A DNA stretch of 63,460 nt, counting the filler, from Reclinomonas americana ATCC 50394 (taxonomy: Eukaryota): NCBI GenBank assembly GCA_048213135.1. It is 4 parts of 3 records of this genome, joined end to end, with 100 filler letters (N's around TTAATTAATTAA, not from the genome) between each part and the next. Parts side by side here need not be neighbours in the genome. Positions count along the whole stretch, not along the records: positions 17,966 to 49,346 come from PS015314.1; 3 more parts are not named here. One strand, given 5' to 3'. Position 1 is the first letter of the stretch. Each line of letters opens with the position of its first letter. A model generated the notes under the pieces. That model made no database searches. It had not been told where the DNA came from and saw only the letters and a list, made by a program, of their open reading frames with translations. Shown one piece after another: positions 25,583 to 41,213 of this stretch. The position numbers and the translations under genes are program-made.

Positions 25583-28489
25583 ATGTTCTTCCGCGCCAGC
25601 CTTGCGCTCCTCGGCCTCATTTGTGCTCTGTTTGTGGTGCTCTGCCCGTTCACCAAGGTCGAAGAGAGCTTCAACGTGCAAGCTGTGCATGATTTTGGCG
25701 CGAATGGGCTCGTGGCGTCGTGGTTTGCTGGTGACGAAGGGTGGCAAAAGGTGAGAGATGAGGGAGGAGGGAGAGAGAGAAAGAGAGAGAGAGAGAGATG
25801 AGAGAGAGAGAGTGCAGTGATGATTCTTTGCGAGTGATTGATTGCAACTTGTCACGAGTTGTCTTGACTGGTTCTCCTCCTCCTCCTCCTCCTCCTCCTC
25901 CTCCTCCTCCTTCTCTCTCTCTCTCTCTCTCTCTCCTTGCCTTCTTTCGCAGCTTCTTCCTTCCTCTTCCACGCACCTCACCTCTGCCTGTCTTCCTTTC
26001 TTCCTACTTTAGTTCCTCCTCTCCGTCTTCTTGCTCTCTTGTTTTCTTTGTTTCTCCCTCTCCCTCTCTCTCCCCCGCTCCTCCACTCCTCTCTGTCTCT
26101 CGCTCTGGCACTCCGTCCTCCCTTCCTTCCTTCCCTCCCTCCCTCTCTTCCCCTTCGCCTCCCTCCTCCTCCTTCAACTCCTCCCTCTGCCACTCCTTCC
26201 TTCCCCTCCCACCCTTCCCTTTCACCTCCCACCCTTCCCTTTTCGCCTCACTCTTCCCACTTCTCCCCTCTTCTCCCCCAGTTCGACCACCTCCACTTCC
26301 CCGGAGTCGTCCCCCGCACCAGTCTCGGCGCCTGGCTGCTGGCCGCCACCACCGCCCCCCTGCGATGGCTCGGCATCTTGCACATTCCACTCCTCGTTGC
26401 CGGCGAGTGCCATCCTCCTCCCCCCCTCCCCCTCCTCTCCCCTCTCCTCTCTCAACTCTCATTCGCAGTCCGCGTGGCACTCGGCGCACTCGTCTGCGCC
26501 TCCCTCGCCTTCTTCTTCACGGGCGTGGCACGTCTGAGTCGACCAGTGGCGCTCCTGGCCACAGCGCTCTCCGCCCTGCAGTTCCACTTCTTGTTCTACG
26601 CCTCGCGCCCGCTGCCCAACACCTTTGCTCTCATCGTGGTGCTGGTGGCTCTGGGATTGTGGTTGCACGAGGCGCTGGTGCCGTGCGCGGCCGTGTTGAC
26701 GGTGGGCGGTGTGATATTCCGGGCCGAGTTGGCGCCACTGCTGTGTGTGGTGCTGCTGACGTCGTTGGTGCGGGGTGGCGTGCGCGCGTTTCCGTGGCTC
26801 CGGTTGATTCGCGTCGGCGTGCTCACGGCAGTCGCAGCGCTCGGTGCGTCGACTTTTTGTTTCTTGCATGGAGTGCAACGATTGTTGACTTGTGCGAGTT
26901 GGTTTGCAGCATTCACTGTCGTCATTGATTCGGTGTTCTGGCGGCGCTGGCTGTGGCCCGAAGGCGAGGTGTTCTGGTTCAACACGGTGGAGAATCGGAG
27001 CAGCGAGTGGGGAGTTGCGTGCATGAAAGAGACAAGAGAGATAACACGCTTTAAGTAGAAGGAAAGCACTCAAGACTTGTTGGCGATCATTGGTAGATGC
27101 TCATTGTTGTGTATGGATCAGTGAAGTTATTAGTGTCATTCTGAGAATCACGCGCGTGCAGGTCATGCCCGTCCACTGGTACTTTTCGTCGGCGCTCCCA
27201 CGTGCCCTACTCGTGGCCTTTCCGCTCGCCCTCGCCTCGCCGTTGCTGGTGCGACAGCACGGTGCGGAGCGACTGTTGGCGTTGCGATGCATCGCAGTCG
27301 CGCTGCTCTTCGTCACGGCATACTCGGTGTTGCCGCACAAGGAGCTGCGCTTTGTCATCTACGTCGTGCCGCTGTTGAATGTGGCCGCGGCGTGCTCCCT
27401 GCACGTGATGTTGCGTGTTGTGCTTCTCATCTTGCATGCGTTGGTTGTGCTGATCCCCCTGCCTTGTAGCTTGTCGTGGGCGCTCTCGCGCGGCCGCAAG
27501 ATGCAATGGATGGGGTGGATCGGCATTGCAGCACTGGTGCTTGCGTCAGCCGCCCTCGTGGTGTTTGTGTTCCTGGCAGCAAGCACCCTGAACTATCCGG
27601 GTGGCGAAGCCATGGAGAGATTCCACCAAAGTTGCGTGCCTTTGCTTTCCCAACCCCCTCGCTCAGTGTCTGCTGACTGGCATGCGCAGAATACGCCGAC
27701 GGCGATCAGCGGCTGCACATTGACGTCAAGAGTGCGATGACGGGCGTCAGTCGCTTCCAGGAGCGCGACGCAATCGAGTGCGTGCCCGCACCTTGCTCCC
27801 CAAAGTCGGAAAGTCATTCTCACTCCCTCCCTCGTTAGGTACTCCAAAGCAGAGGGCGATGTGGATCTACGTCCTTTCACCCATCTGCTGAGTGAACACG
27901 AATATGTTCACGGCTTCCGACCGCTGGAGTGTGTCGATGGCTTTGTTGGCTTCAGCCCGCGTGCACTGGCCATTCGCACCGCCCCGCAAGTGTGTGTGCA
28001 CGAGCGGCTGCCGGCCGACCTCGATATGCCGCCTCTGTTGCGATACGTGCATGTGAATACGTGCTGACTGGCTACTCCTCCTTCTCACTCCACTTTCGCA
28101 GGGTCCATCCGCCCATTGCGTGGGCGCAGTCGTCCACCGACCTGCGCATCGTCGTGCGCCTCGCCGGCGTGGACACAGTGAAACCGCGCATCGGCGACGA
28201 CGACACACTGGTGTTGGCGGTTGCTGGCGGTGGAGGCGACGGCGAAATGGATGGCACCGCCACGGTCCGCATCCCGCTCTTTGCAGCCGTGGAGGCCGGC
28301 AGTGTGCGGTGCTCGCCCCTGCAGTCGCACATTCTGTGCAACATGAAAAAGGCGCCCTTCGAGTCACAATACCTGTACTGGCCTCGGCTGGTGCACGATG
28401 CCGAGGATCCACGAATCACCACCGACGACGACGCACAGCTGGTGATGACGGATCTGGCGAGCGGGGAGTCTACTCGCCATCACCCAGAA
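25583..28489 (+). CDS. ALG12: Dol-P-Man alpha-1,6-mannosyltransferase (GT22), probably extended by a C-terminal CS/p23 domain; runs into gap
   Basis: PFTKVEESFNVQAVHD, FDHLHFPGVVPRT, QFHFLFYASRPLPNTFAL, IFRAEL, WPEGEVFWFN...SSEWG, LPHKELRF, NYPGGEA, HIDVKSAMTGVSRFQ. CS-like exon from 28102 (PPIAWAQ...YWPRL). Confidence 0.88.
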
Positions 28490-28510
28490 TNNNNNNNNNN
28501 NNNNNNNNNN

Positions 28511-31500
28511 TCCGAGTCGGATTCGATGGGAATCGGCGGGCACAGTCGCGGGCAGCAGCGCGTGCCCAGGAAGTTGCGCACTTGGGCGTGGAAGCGGTAC
28601 ACCAACATGCTGAAGAAGGCGGAAAGGGGGTAAGGAAAATGAAAGAGAGGAGAAGAGAGGACGAGCACTCACCCAAGCATGAGAATTGCCAGGGCGCCCC
28701 ACGTGTACGGTGTGACGGTCTCCACATTGCCGGAGCCCATGAGGAAGGGAATCGCAAAGGCCAGGGTGGAGACCGGCAGAGTGAGTGTGTTGATGATGAC
28801 GCCCAGGGAGGCGCTGCCGTACTTGACGACCAGGGTTTGGAAAATGTTGTTTATCAGCATGGAGGAGAGTGCGAAGGCCAGGAGCCAGCCTGACGAGGAG
28901 AAGAGATGTAAGGAGAAGCAAATAGGAGAAGGAAGCAGAGAGAAGGATGCGAGAATAAGGAAGAGAGGAGGAAGTGAGAGAGAAGAGAGAAGAGAGATCA
29001 TAAAGAGAAGAGATGCCCCGGAAACAAGGTGAGAGAGATGCGCAGATCAGCACGCGAGGGAGAGAGGAAGACACGAAAAAACACGAGAAGACTGGGGGAC
29101 GAAGAGCACTACTCACAAAGTGGATACAAGGCGCGAATGCGGCGTTCTCCAGCGGACAACTCAGTGACGGGGTGAAGGTGCGGAAAGGAGAGAGAGAGAG
29201 AAAGAGAGACAGCACGGGAATGAGGTTGACTGAGAAAGGGATCGGGCAGCGAGGAAGAAGGACAACAGGGGTATAATGAGGCGATGGTGCAGAAGGGAGG
29301 GCAATATACAGCTGCGGCACAAAGGCAAAGACTGAGAAGACAAAGGGATGTATGGTACGAACGTGACCAAGAGTCTGCGTATGACGGCACAGAAAATGAA
29401 GGCGGATAGATTCCAAAAGAGAGTGTGAGAGAGAGAGAAAGCGACAGAAAGAGAGAGACAGAGAAGAGGCAAGACAAGAAGAGAGATATTGCGGTCACAC
29501 AATAGGTGGGGGAAAGCAACTGAGACCGCAGAATGAACGTGACATATCAGGTCACGCGTCAAGCTTCAGACTGGCAGGAGTACCGTGCCTATCCACTCAC
29601 CAGCATCGGCGCATTCGGGATGCCCTTCGAATTGGTTCACTGTGCACAACGCCGCGTCTTTAATATACTCACCGAACTGCGACGGTGTGATATCACCTGC
29701 ATGAAGGGACACAATCAGTGGCTTTGTAGCACACTGCATCATGTGCACTGCGGCACGCAACCAAAGTTCGGAATCCAGTTGAGTGGCGCGCACAACAAAA
29801 GCTGCAGAGAGATGCGATGTGGTGAGATGCAGCGAACTGGAGGCAAGGAGAGTGCAGGCGATGACGGACCACAATGAACTGCAGTGAGAGCAATAAATTA
29901 TAAGCATTTAGAAACACATTCTGGCAAGAGATAAAAGTGACTCACTTGCGCGAGATTGGACCAGGCAAGCATGTACACGACATTCAGCTGCACACCAGAA
30001 GAGAAGCGTCAGAAAGGGAGAGGGGGACAGCACAGCAGACCGAATGCACCTTGGCCTGTGCAAACGCCCACTCTTGGTACACACTGCGCTCGAACACAAT
30101 CAGCGCGAATGCAAAATCGAACACTCGCCAGCAATCACGTACCTCTGCCAGGCGAGTGGCACCTGTCCGAGGAAGAACATCATTGTCCAGAACACAGAGA
30201 CGGGGCCTGAGTTGCCGTGGCTGCCGGTTCCCATGAGCGTCGGATACAAGTCGGTGAACAATCCCGCTGTGGCGCACGGGTCAGTGAGCGATCAACGCAG
30301 GTGCTGATTCACGCACACACACTCACCAAGAATGACCACGGCCGCGAGGTACTGCAGGACCGTGAAGCGCGCACGCAGCTGGATCATGGACAACACCAGC
30401 ACCAGGGGAATGACGGACTGGGCCAGCAGGGCCTGCGACGGAGAGGGCAGAGATTCACGTTCAGGAACGAAACGCACACTCGCGGCTGCTCAACCTTCAA
30501 CAAACACACAGTCTGTCTCCCACTCACTCACAATCACACATGAACACACATATCACACACTCACTCACACACTTTCTCTTTGGCCTCAAAACACACATTC
30601 TTCCTCCCGTACATACAATCTCTCTCACGCACTCACATACACGCATGCACACGCTTCTCTCTCCCACCAGCAGACACAGAGATCACACACTATCTCTCTC
30701 ACTCTCTTTCTCTTCCTCCATCACGCACAGATGCATACAACCTCTCTCCCATTCTCACAGGCACACGCACACGCTTTCTCTCCCCCACCAACAAACACTC
30801 TCTCAAATACTCTCTCCCTCCATCAAACACACATACTTCCTCCCGTACATACAATTCTCTCGCATTCTCACAGACACATATGCACACGCTCTCTCTCTTC
30901 CACCAGCACACAACACAGATCTCTCTCTACAAAACACGCGTTCTCTTTCCCTACAAACTCTCTCGCATTGTCACAGACAATCGCACACGCTTTCTCTCTC
31001 CCACCAGCAGACACAGAGATCACACACTATCTCTCTCAATCTCTTCCTCTTCCTCCATCAAGCACAGGTTCTCTTTCCCATGCCTTTCCCTTCTCTCTCT
31101 CTCTCTCATTCTCTCTCTTTTGCACACACCTGCAACATTCCCGGCACATGCGGGTTGGCGAAGATGACAAACACACCATTCAGCGCATTCATCAGGCCAA
31201 TGAAGAAGAAGTGCAGCTTGAAGCGCCAGGTGGTGGTCTCCGGCAGAAAGCCACCGCTGCGGCATCTTACGTAGAGCACCAGGGCGAAGAAGATGGGCAC
31301 GAAGGAGAAGCTGATGGTGAGGAGGATGTAGTAGGGGTAGGGACCTGCAAAGAAGGGGAAGGGGTTAATAGGGGAAGGGTGGATGGGGGAAGGGTGAATA
31401 GGGGAAGGGTGAATAAGAGAAGGGGGAACGGGTGAGCAAGAGGAAAGGTGAGTGAGCGCATGCGTGAGAAGGGAAACAATGAGCCGTGGGAAACGGTGCT

Positions 31501-32336
31501 TCCGTTCAGTAAGAAAACAGAAGAGAAGGGCGTTCATCACACCGAGACAGTCAACAGATGAAGGAATGGGACTCTCTTCGAAATGCACGTGCGGTGGGGG
31601 GGGAGAAATGAGCGAATAAGATGGCGGCAATAATGCGCAGACTCGAAAGCTGGCTTCAACCTTTGCAACATGACACACAAGATGGACGACAGCAACGATA
31701 TCGAGCGACACAGGTGAGGGCTAACAGCATCGGGAATGGGGCAGGAGAGGAAGGATATTGGCGGACTAAGCCGCAGAGGGCTGAGAAATCTGAACGCGAC
31801 AGGAAGCGACGGACGACTGCACTCAACAGAGCGCAGGGCTAAGGAATTGAAAACGCGCACACCAACAGGGAAAGAGTCAATGAGACGGCAAGGCGCGTTG
31901 AAACGATGACAGGAAGTAGGGAAGAGGAGTTTCCATTCACGGGCATGTACGCCACCTCTTTCTCTTTACACCTTCCCTCAGTTTCTCCATCCACACCACC
32001 TTTTCCACATCCCCCACTTCGCTCCCCTTTAATCCCCCTTCCTCCCTTTCCCACCCTCTCTTCTCACTCCCTTCTCCCTCGTGCCCTCCCACACTCACCC
32101 AACGAGTACCCCAACCGCTTAAACGACACCTGCTGCAACGCCGCAAACACCACCAATCCAATCGACGACAACAGCACCGGAAACGATGCCAATCGCTTCC
32201 ACCACGGTTCCTTGCGCACAGTCGATCCAGTCTTGGAGCGATACGTTCCCTTGCCACCAGCAGCATTCGCAGAGCGAATGCCACCCGGATTCTGCTTGTC
32301 AAGAGAGCCACTCCGCGAGGAAATCGTGATGGTCGG
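28511..32336 (-). CDS. CRT-like (chloroquine resistance transporter family, DMT superfamily) membrane transporter; both ends incomplete
   Basis: Multi-TM exons: FFIGLMNALNGVFVIFANPHVPGMLQALLAQSVIPLVLVLS...RFTVLQYLAA, SVYQEWAF, CTVNQFEGHPEC, LVVKYGSASLGVIINTLTLP. Confidence 0.75.
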
Positions 32337-32544
32337 CTGTGTGTATGTGTGAACCAGTCAACATGCAGAGTTTTTCCGAGACGTGTGTTACAAGAGATGG
32401 AAAGAAGGCAGAGAGAGAAGGGAAGAGGAAGAGGCAGAGAGGGGAGTGTCAACAGTCAGTCTCACTTGTAACACTTCATTCTCTCGCGTTGTGTGTGCAG
32501 ACTTGTGCTGCACCTGTCGATCTCGTTGTGCAGCAAGGAGCCTG

Positions 32545-32625
<81 letters not shown>

Positions 32626-32787
32626 CGTCTCGTCTCTCTCTCTACGTCGTCTCTCTACGNNNNNNNNNNNNNNNNNNNNACTACTTACTACTTCTTACTT
32701 CGTCCGTTCGTTCGGTTGGTTGGTCGTACGACGTTCGTTGTCGTCGTCGCCTCGTCGTACGTCTCGTTCGTGTCGCGACGAGACGCG

Positions 32788-32841
<54 letters not shown>

Positions 32842-32951
32842 CATGCATGTGTTTCAGTCACCTCTCAATGTCCAGCTGAGCTGTAAGCTGTACGCTCTCA
32901 GTCTCTCTCTCTCTCACACACTCTGTGTGTGTATGTGTATGTATGTATGTA

Positions 32952-32993
<42 letters not shown>

Positions 32994-33088
32994 TCTGAGT
33001 GTGTGCGTGTGGGTTTCAGTCACCTCTCAGTGTCGAGCTGAGCTGTAAGCTGTAAGCTCTCAGTCTCTGTCTCTCTCTCTCTCTCTCA

Positions 33089-33120
<32 letters not shown>

Positions 33121-34128
33121 TGAAGTTCCGAGCTTCACTGTCTCACTGCTAACTCTCTTGTCTCTCTCTCTCTCAGCATGAATGCATGTGTATGTGTGTG
33201 TGGATCTCTTTGTGTTGCAAGCTACCTACTCTCACTCACTCACTCAGTGTATCAGTTTGCAGTCAGTCACTGCTGCACTCTTTCTTCTCTCTCTCTCTGC
33301 ACACTCAACATGATTGATAGAGTGTGGCGCACTATCGACTGAGTCGACTGTGAGTGCGTCGCCTCGTCTCATTGTCAAAGTACAAGGAGAGAAACACGCG
33401 ACAACCCCCGAATTGCGAGTGAAGAGTTATTGTGAGTGACTGCGACTTCGGAGATCGTCCCGGAGATGTGGAGGCAAGAGCTGCAGAGATGCAGCAGGGG
33501 GGGATGAGAGTGGTGCTGATATACACATTGTCTTTTGTGAATTGTTTAGAGTTTTACGACGTCGACTTTTTTGTTGAGGCCTGCCAAGGGTGAAGGCCCT
33601 TTTTTTCTTGCTTTCTTTCGTTCCATCTCTCTCTTTGTCTCCTCTCACTTGCTGTTCCGTGTCAAGAAGCACGCGAGACTTGTCAATCGCTTCCCCTTCC
33701 TTCCCTCTCTTTTGCTCTCTTCTTCTCCCGCACTCCCAATTCCCCCTTTACGCAGTTCGCGCCACTGCAGTCTACGACTGCCCGTCACGACCGGCCATCG
33801 AGCCGTTGGAGACAACGATCGCGATTGTTCCAGGTTTCCCGCAAGAGGTTTGCCATACACCGGCCTTGATGGTACACTCAACCTTCGGAGCCTTGTACCC
33901 TCAGTCTGCGAACTTGGCTCTGGCTACAGTGCAATGATGATCGCGCAGTAGCTGCACGCGATCGAGTCCTTGAGCCGGAAGTCTCCTCTTGCGGTGGTTG
34001 GCCACCACAACTCGCTTGGTGCACGCGCGACTGACCAGTCACTGATAATGCTGCTGTTAAGCAAGGTCTGCTGCACATGGCGTCAGCACACGGAGACTGC
34101 GACGATGAGCAGCGACCACGCACCTCGT

Positions 34129-35484
34129 TCACAGCTTGGCTCGCGGCTGCACATGCATTCCATCCCCACCAGCCGCCGTAAAGTCACTCTCCACGCCGTG
34201 CTTTGGCAACGCAAAGAACCCGTGTACCTGCAGCAGCACGCGATACCGCTGCGGCTTCACGCTGCTGCGCTCGTCATCGTCGTCATCGCCACGCGCAACT
34301 CTTCGCACGCCCTCCAGCGACACACCGCGCGCCGACTCCAGTACCGTGCGCAACTCGTGTGCTGTGCCGAAGAACTCCCCGACGAGGAGCTGAGGCATAA
34401 CTATCCCAGAACTGCGGGGGAATGGAAGGGAAAGAGGGAATGAGTGGAGGAAAGGGTGAAGGAGAGAGACAGGGGGCGAGTGAGAGGGAGAGAAAGGGAG
34501 AGGAGTGGGGGAAGAATGATAGAGCGAGAGATAGCTGGGGAGGAGAAAGACAGAGAGGGAGAGCTGCAGAGGGAGGAAAGAGAGCTGACCAACGACACTG
34601 GAATGACGTGCAGCTGAGTCAGGCAGCTACAGTTCTCTTCCCTCCACCTTCGACTCCTTCTCTCTTAATCTCTGTTGCCTTCAACATTCCAGCGACAATG
34701 CCCTGGTCTCCTCACTCTCAGCTCTGACAAATCTCCGGGAGACGCCGCCAACTGGCAAGGGTACTACATGCCGAACACGTCGACAAGTCGTCGACCTCTT
34801 CAGCCATGACACGAACAGGTCGCCGACCAAAGTGGCAAACTGACTTCTTGACTCAGCAGTCTCTCAGTCGATCTCCTCATCATTCAGCTGCTCTCAGTTA
34901 TCTTCATGCCGACAGATCGTCGACCTCTGCAGCCATGGCACGACCAGGTCGCCGACCAAGTGGCAAACTGACATCTTGACCCCAGCAGTCTCTCAGTCGA
35001 TCTCCTCATCATTCAGCTGCTCTCAGTTATCTTCACGTCGACAAGTCGTCGACCTCTTCAGCCATGACACGAACAGGTCGCCGACCAAAGTGGCAAACTG
35101 ACTCTCAGGCATCGTGAACACTCCATCGACAGCTGCCCGTCACTCTCTCTCTCTCATCCATTCATCAAGAGCATTCCTTCCCTTCTCTCCAGTCTGTCTG
35201 ACTCATCACGTTTGATGCATCGCTGTCGCTCTCAGCTGTTCTGGCTTCTGTCTGGCTTCGTCTTAACAACAGAGTCTCTGACTGTTTAATCAGCGACAGT
35301 TTCCCTCGAGTCTCCCCCTCCTCTCTCTGCTCAGGAGCCTTCCAGCAACAGTTCCCATCTCTTCAGTCTGCCTCCTCCTCACTGCAGTCTCTCAGTCACG
35401 TGATTCAGCCCTGAGCCTCCAGCGACAGTTCACCTCACTCTCCCTCCCTTCTCGACTGTTCTCATCTCTATCTGTATGCAAATG

Positions 35485-35520
<36 letters not shown>

Positions 35521-35790
35521 TCTCTCCCTCTCCCCCTTCCCTCCCATTCCTCCCAACCCTCTCCCCATTCGCCCACCCTCCCCTCCCTCCCTCCCCTTCC
35601 CCTCTATCCCCTGCACACTCAACTCCACCGCCTTGGCCACCTCCGGAGGCACCTCAAACATTCCCCGAATCGTCACCGGAAACGTCACCACACGCACCAC
35701 AGACCACTTCACTGCCACGTCACCACCAGTATCATTGCCCATCACAAACGCAAGCCTTCTCAACCCGCGAAACCTCTGCAGCGCATCCAT
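34129..35790 (-). CDS. Hypothetical two-exon protein ending in -AKL (PTS1-like)
   Basis: Exon 35624-35790 joins exon 34129-34411 in frame across intron 34412-35623 (GTTGAGT...CAG). Confidence 0.55.
34776..35103. repeat. 129-bp tandem repeat, about 2.5 copies, intronic
   Basis: Units start at 34776, 34905 and 35034. Confidence 0.9.
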
Positions 35791-35820
35791 GCTCACAAAA
35801 GAGAAAGAAAGAGTGTGAGA

Positions 35821-35840
35821 ATTTTTCGCGCGCGAAAAAT
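35821..35840. promoter_or_regulatory. Perfect 20-bp palindrome ATTTTTCGCGCGCGAAAAAT in a 63-bp divergent intergenic gap (E2F-like site on each strand)
   Basis: Palindrome seen directly between ATGs at 35790 (-) and 35854 (+). TTTCGCGC fits the E2F consensus TTTSSCGC. Confidence 0.55.
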
Positions 35841-35853
35841 CATCTAAGCAAGA

Positions 35854-36054
35854 ATGTACCTCGTGGAGCTGTCACTCTCACTGCTCACACTCACTCTCCT
35901 GTGGGTGCTCCCGTGGCTCGGCTTCCTCCTCGCCTGCATCACAGTGCCCGTTGTTCTCTTGCTCCACTGGCAACGCACAGGTATCAGACACACAGAGAGA
36001 CAACTTACAGAGAATCACTCTCTCTCTCTCTCNNNNNNNNNNNNNNNNNNNNTA

Positions 36055-36107
<53 letters not shown>

Positions 36108-36149
36108 GTCGTCCGTCCTCCTCGTCACGTACCGTCCTCGTCTCTCTGT

Positions 36150-36199
<50 letters not shown>

Positions 36200-37111
36200 C
36201 TCTTTCTCTCTCTCTCTCTCACACCCTCTCTCTCTTTTCTCTCTCCCACCTCTCTCTTTTCTCTCTCTCACCCTCTTCTCTTCCTTCCTCCCTCCTCTCC
36301 CTCCCACTCTCTCTCTCTCCCGTCTCTCTTTCCCTCTCTTCTCACCCCCTCTCTCCCCCCCGCAGGTCGCGCAGTGTTCCGCGGAGACGAACTGGTGACC
36401 GTGGAGCTCACTGGTCGCGTGCCTCTGCCCGCGGCCGTGCGCTTCTGCGGGCGTCGATGTCGACCACTGGAGAACCGCGACGATGGCGGCGGCAAGACCG
36501 CGCCCTGCTCGCTCCTCGTCTTCCAATGTCGCGGCCTCCAGTCGCCCCTCACGCAGTGGTTGAATACGCTGCTGGGCCCCACAGGTGCACGCATAGGCGT
36601 GACGTATGCGCAGGCGGTGTGGCGAGTACGCGCAGTGTATGGCGATCGCGAGGTGTGGGTCACCTGGCCGTGCTACTTTGACAAGGAGCTGCTGCGATTG
36701 GGCGACTCGTGGCTCGTGCGGCGGGAGTGCCACCTCGCCGAGTTTGTGTTTCGCACGCCGGGTGGCGACGTGGACGCGGACGTGTCGATGGCCGAGGTGC
36801 AGGTGCGCACGCGCAAGGGCAAGCGGAATTTGCGCATCACGGCCATGGGCAGTGGGAGGGCGGTGACGAATGCGGCGCGGGAGCTGGAGCCGACCCTGCC
36901 GCACATGGTGGTGGATGTGTTTGAGGGCAAGTTGTTCTCGTTGCCGTGGACGGAGGAGGCGCCGCGGTCGGCGGCGGTGCGGGTGCCGGTGGAGATTGAC
37001 GATCCGCTGTCGCCGTTGTGGTTTACGGGGGAGGCGGTGGCGTGGGATGCCGAGGCCACGGTGATGCTGGGCAGGACGCATTATTGCGGGATTGCCAGGC
37101 AGGTGAACTGA
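35854..37111 (+). CDS. Hypothetical protein with N-terminal membrane anchor and beta-rich domain
   Basis: Hydrophobic exon 35854-35980 spliced to a long GC3-rich exon 36366-37111. A loose resemblance to the acetoacetate decarboxylase/DUF2071 fold is impression only. Confidence 0.65.
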
Positions 37112-37319
37112 GGGGAAGGGGGGAAGGGGGGGTGAGGGGGAAGGGTGGGAAGTGAAGGGAGGATCTGTTTAGAGAAGGGTGACTGTCAACGCAGTTGTCT
37201 TTGCTTGGAGTGTGTGCATGTGTGAATAGAGGCGACGGTATACCGATGATTAGCTGGCATGGCTGCTGACGGCGAACTGGAGAGTGGACTCGTGGTTCTC
37301 GGAGGTAACTGTAGTTTGC

Positions 37320-37980
37320 TCGTTGTCTTCTTTGGTCAGTGACAGGGTCGGTCGCTGCCATGTAGACCGCTTGGTTCTGGTCGTCCGCCATACCAACGCG
37401 AGTGCTCTTGTTGTCGGAGGGTGGTCATCTGCTACCTGCCAGCGACTGTGGCACTTTTCGCTGTGGATGTAATCTGTTCGTTGGCAGGCACTGGTGTTCT
37501 GGTTGGAGGTTGCTGCTGTGTGATCGATTGACGGTGTCGCGCTTGAGCTCGTGGCTACTGACAGAGAACTGATTGCTTAGAATGAGCAACGACCTCTTGG
37601 TTGTCGGAGACTGTCACTGTGTGCATGGCTCTTCCTCACCCTTTGTTAGCGACAGAGTTGGTTGCTGCATTGGCAGACTGCTTCGCTCTGGGCTTCCGCC
37701 GTTCCAGCGCGACTGCCCTGGTTGTCGGAGGTCAAGGCTGCTGCTTGGTTCTTCATCTGCCGTGGTCGGCGACTGTGGCACTTTCGCCGTGAACGGAGTC
37801 TGTTCGGACAGGCACAAGTGCTTCGGTTGCTTTGATCGACTTTCTATGAATCGTGATTGGTCGCGTTGGAGCGTGCTGCTGTGGACTGGCAATGAGATGG
37901 AGCTTCCGATGGTTGGGAGAGGCTGTTGCCGCGTTCTTGACTCGTTTTCTGCCGGGACCAGCGACTGGCACAGGTGCAAG
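37320..37980. repeat. Degenerate direct repeat of about 310-330 bp, intergenic
   Basis: agtgacagggtcggtcgctgc (37338) versus agcgacagagttggttgctgc (37648); gactgtggcacttt at 37444 and 37771. Confidence 0.65.
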
Positions 37981-38558
37981 CAAGCTTAAGGATTGATGGC
38001 GGCGGACGATCCACGTGCCTGGTTCTGAGCGTTACCCTTCGCTGCCGGTCGCCGGAGGCTGTTGGTTCTGATCTTATTCGTTGCAACAAGCGACGCGAGA
38101 GCTTGCTGGCGGGAGACTGCTTGGTCGCAGTCGCCGAATACTGTTGGTTCTGACACCACGATTGTGCGCCGCCGAAGGGTTGGTCGCAGTGGCTGCGGAC
38201 TTTAAGCTTGCTTCTGCGCTTGTGCCGGCCCCTTCACTGCCATGTCTTGGTCCTCGGGGCTGTTGGTTCTGATTTTGTTCGTTGAAACAAGCGACGCAAA
38301 GGGCTCGGGATATCAACAATCAACTTCGGCAAGCTTCCCCGACGTTCTGCGACAATTCCAGCAAAGAAACCAGCAGATGCACGCCACACACCACATCACC
38401 TTCTCCAATCCACACCGCAACACCACACCTCCACTCGTCGTACTTGCACCGTCGCTGTCCCACACAACGTCCCACTCATCCTTTCGCGCTTTCCCGTGCG
38501 AAACCCTCAGTCGCTTCCCTTCGTTATCCAGAGTATACCCCACTCTACTCCACAAGCA

Positions 38559-41213
<2,655 letters not shown>

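Noticed and set aside
25218..25583. Plus-strand ORF with MPVDVLRYL, faintly Med10-like
   Set aside because: The similarity does not extend, and the minus-strand spliced model fits better.
32620..32790. Odd stuttering sequence (cgtccgttcgttcggttggttggtcgtacgacg), similar at 1-17, 36053-36140 and 49210-49346
   Set aside because: Occurs beside (CT)n tracts at contig or gap edges; typical of pyrosequencing dephasing noise.
33440..34035. Possible small plus-strand gene (exon-like 33755-33847)
   Set aside because: Could not build a consistent start-to-stop model.
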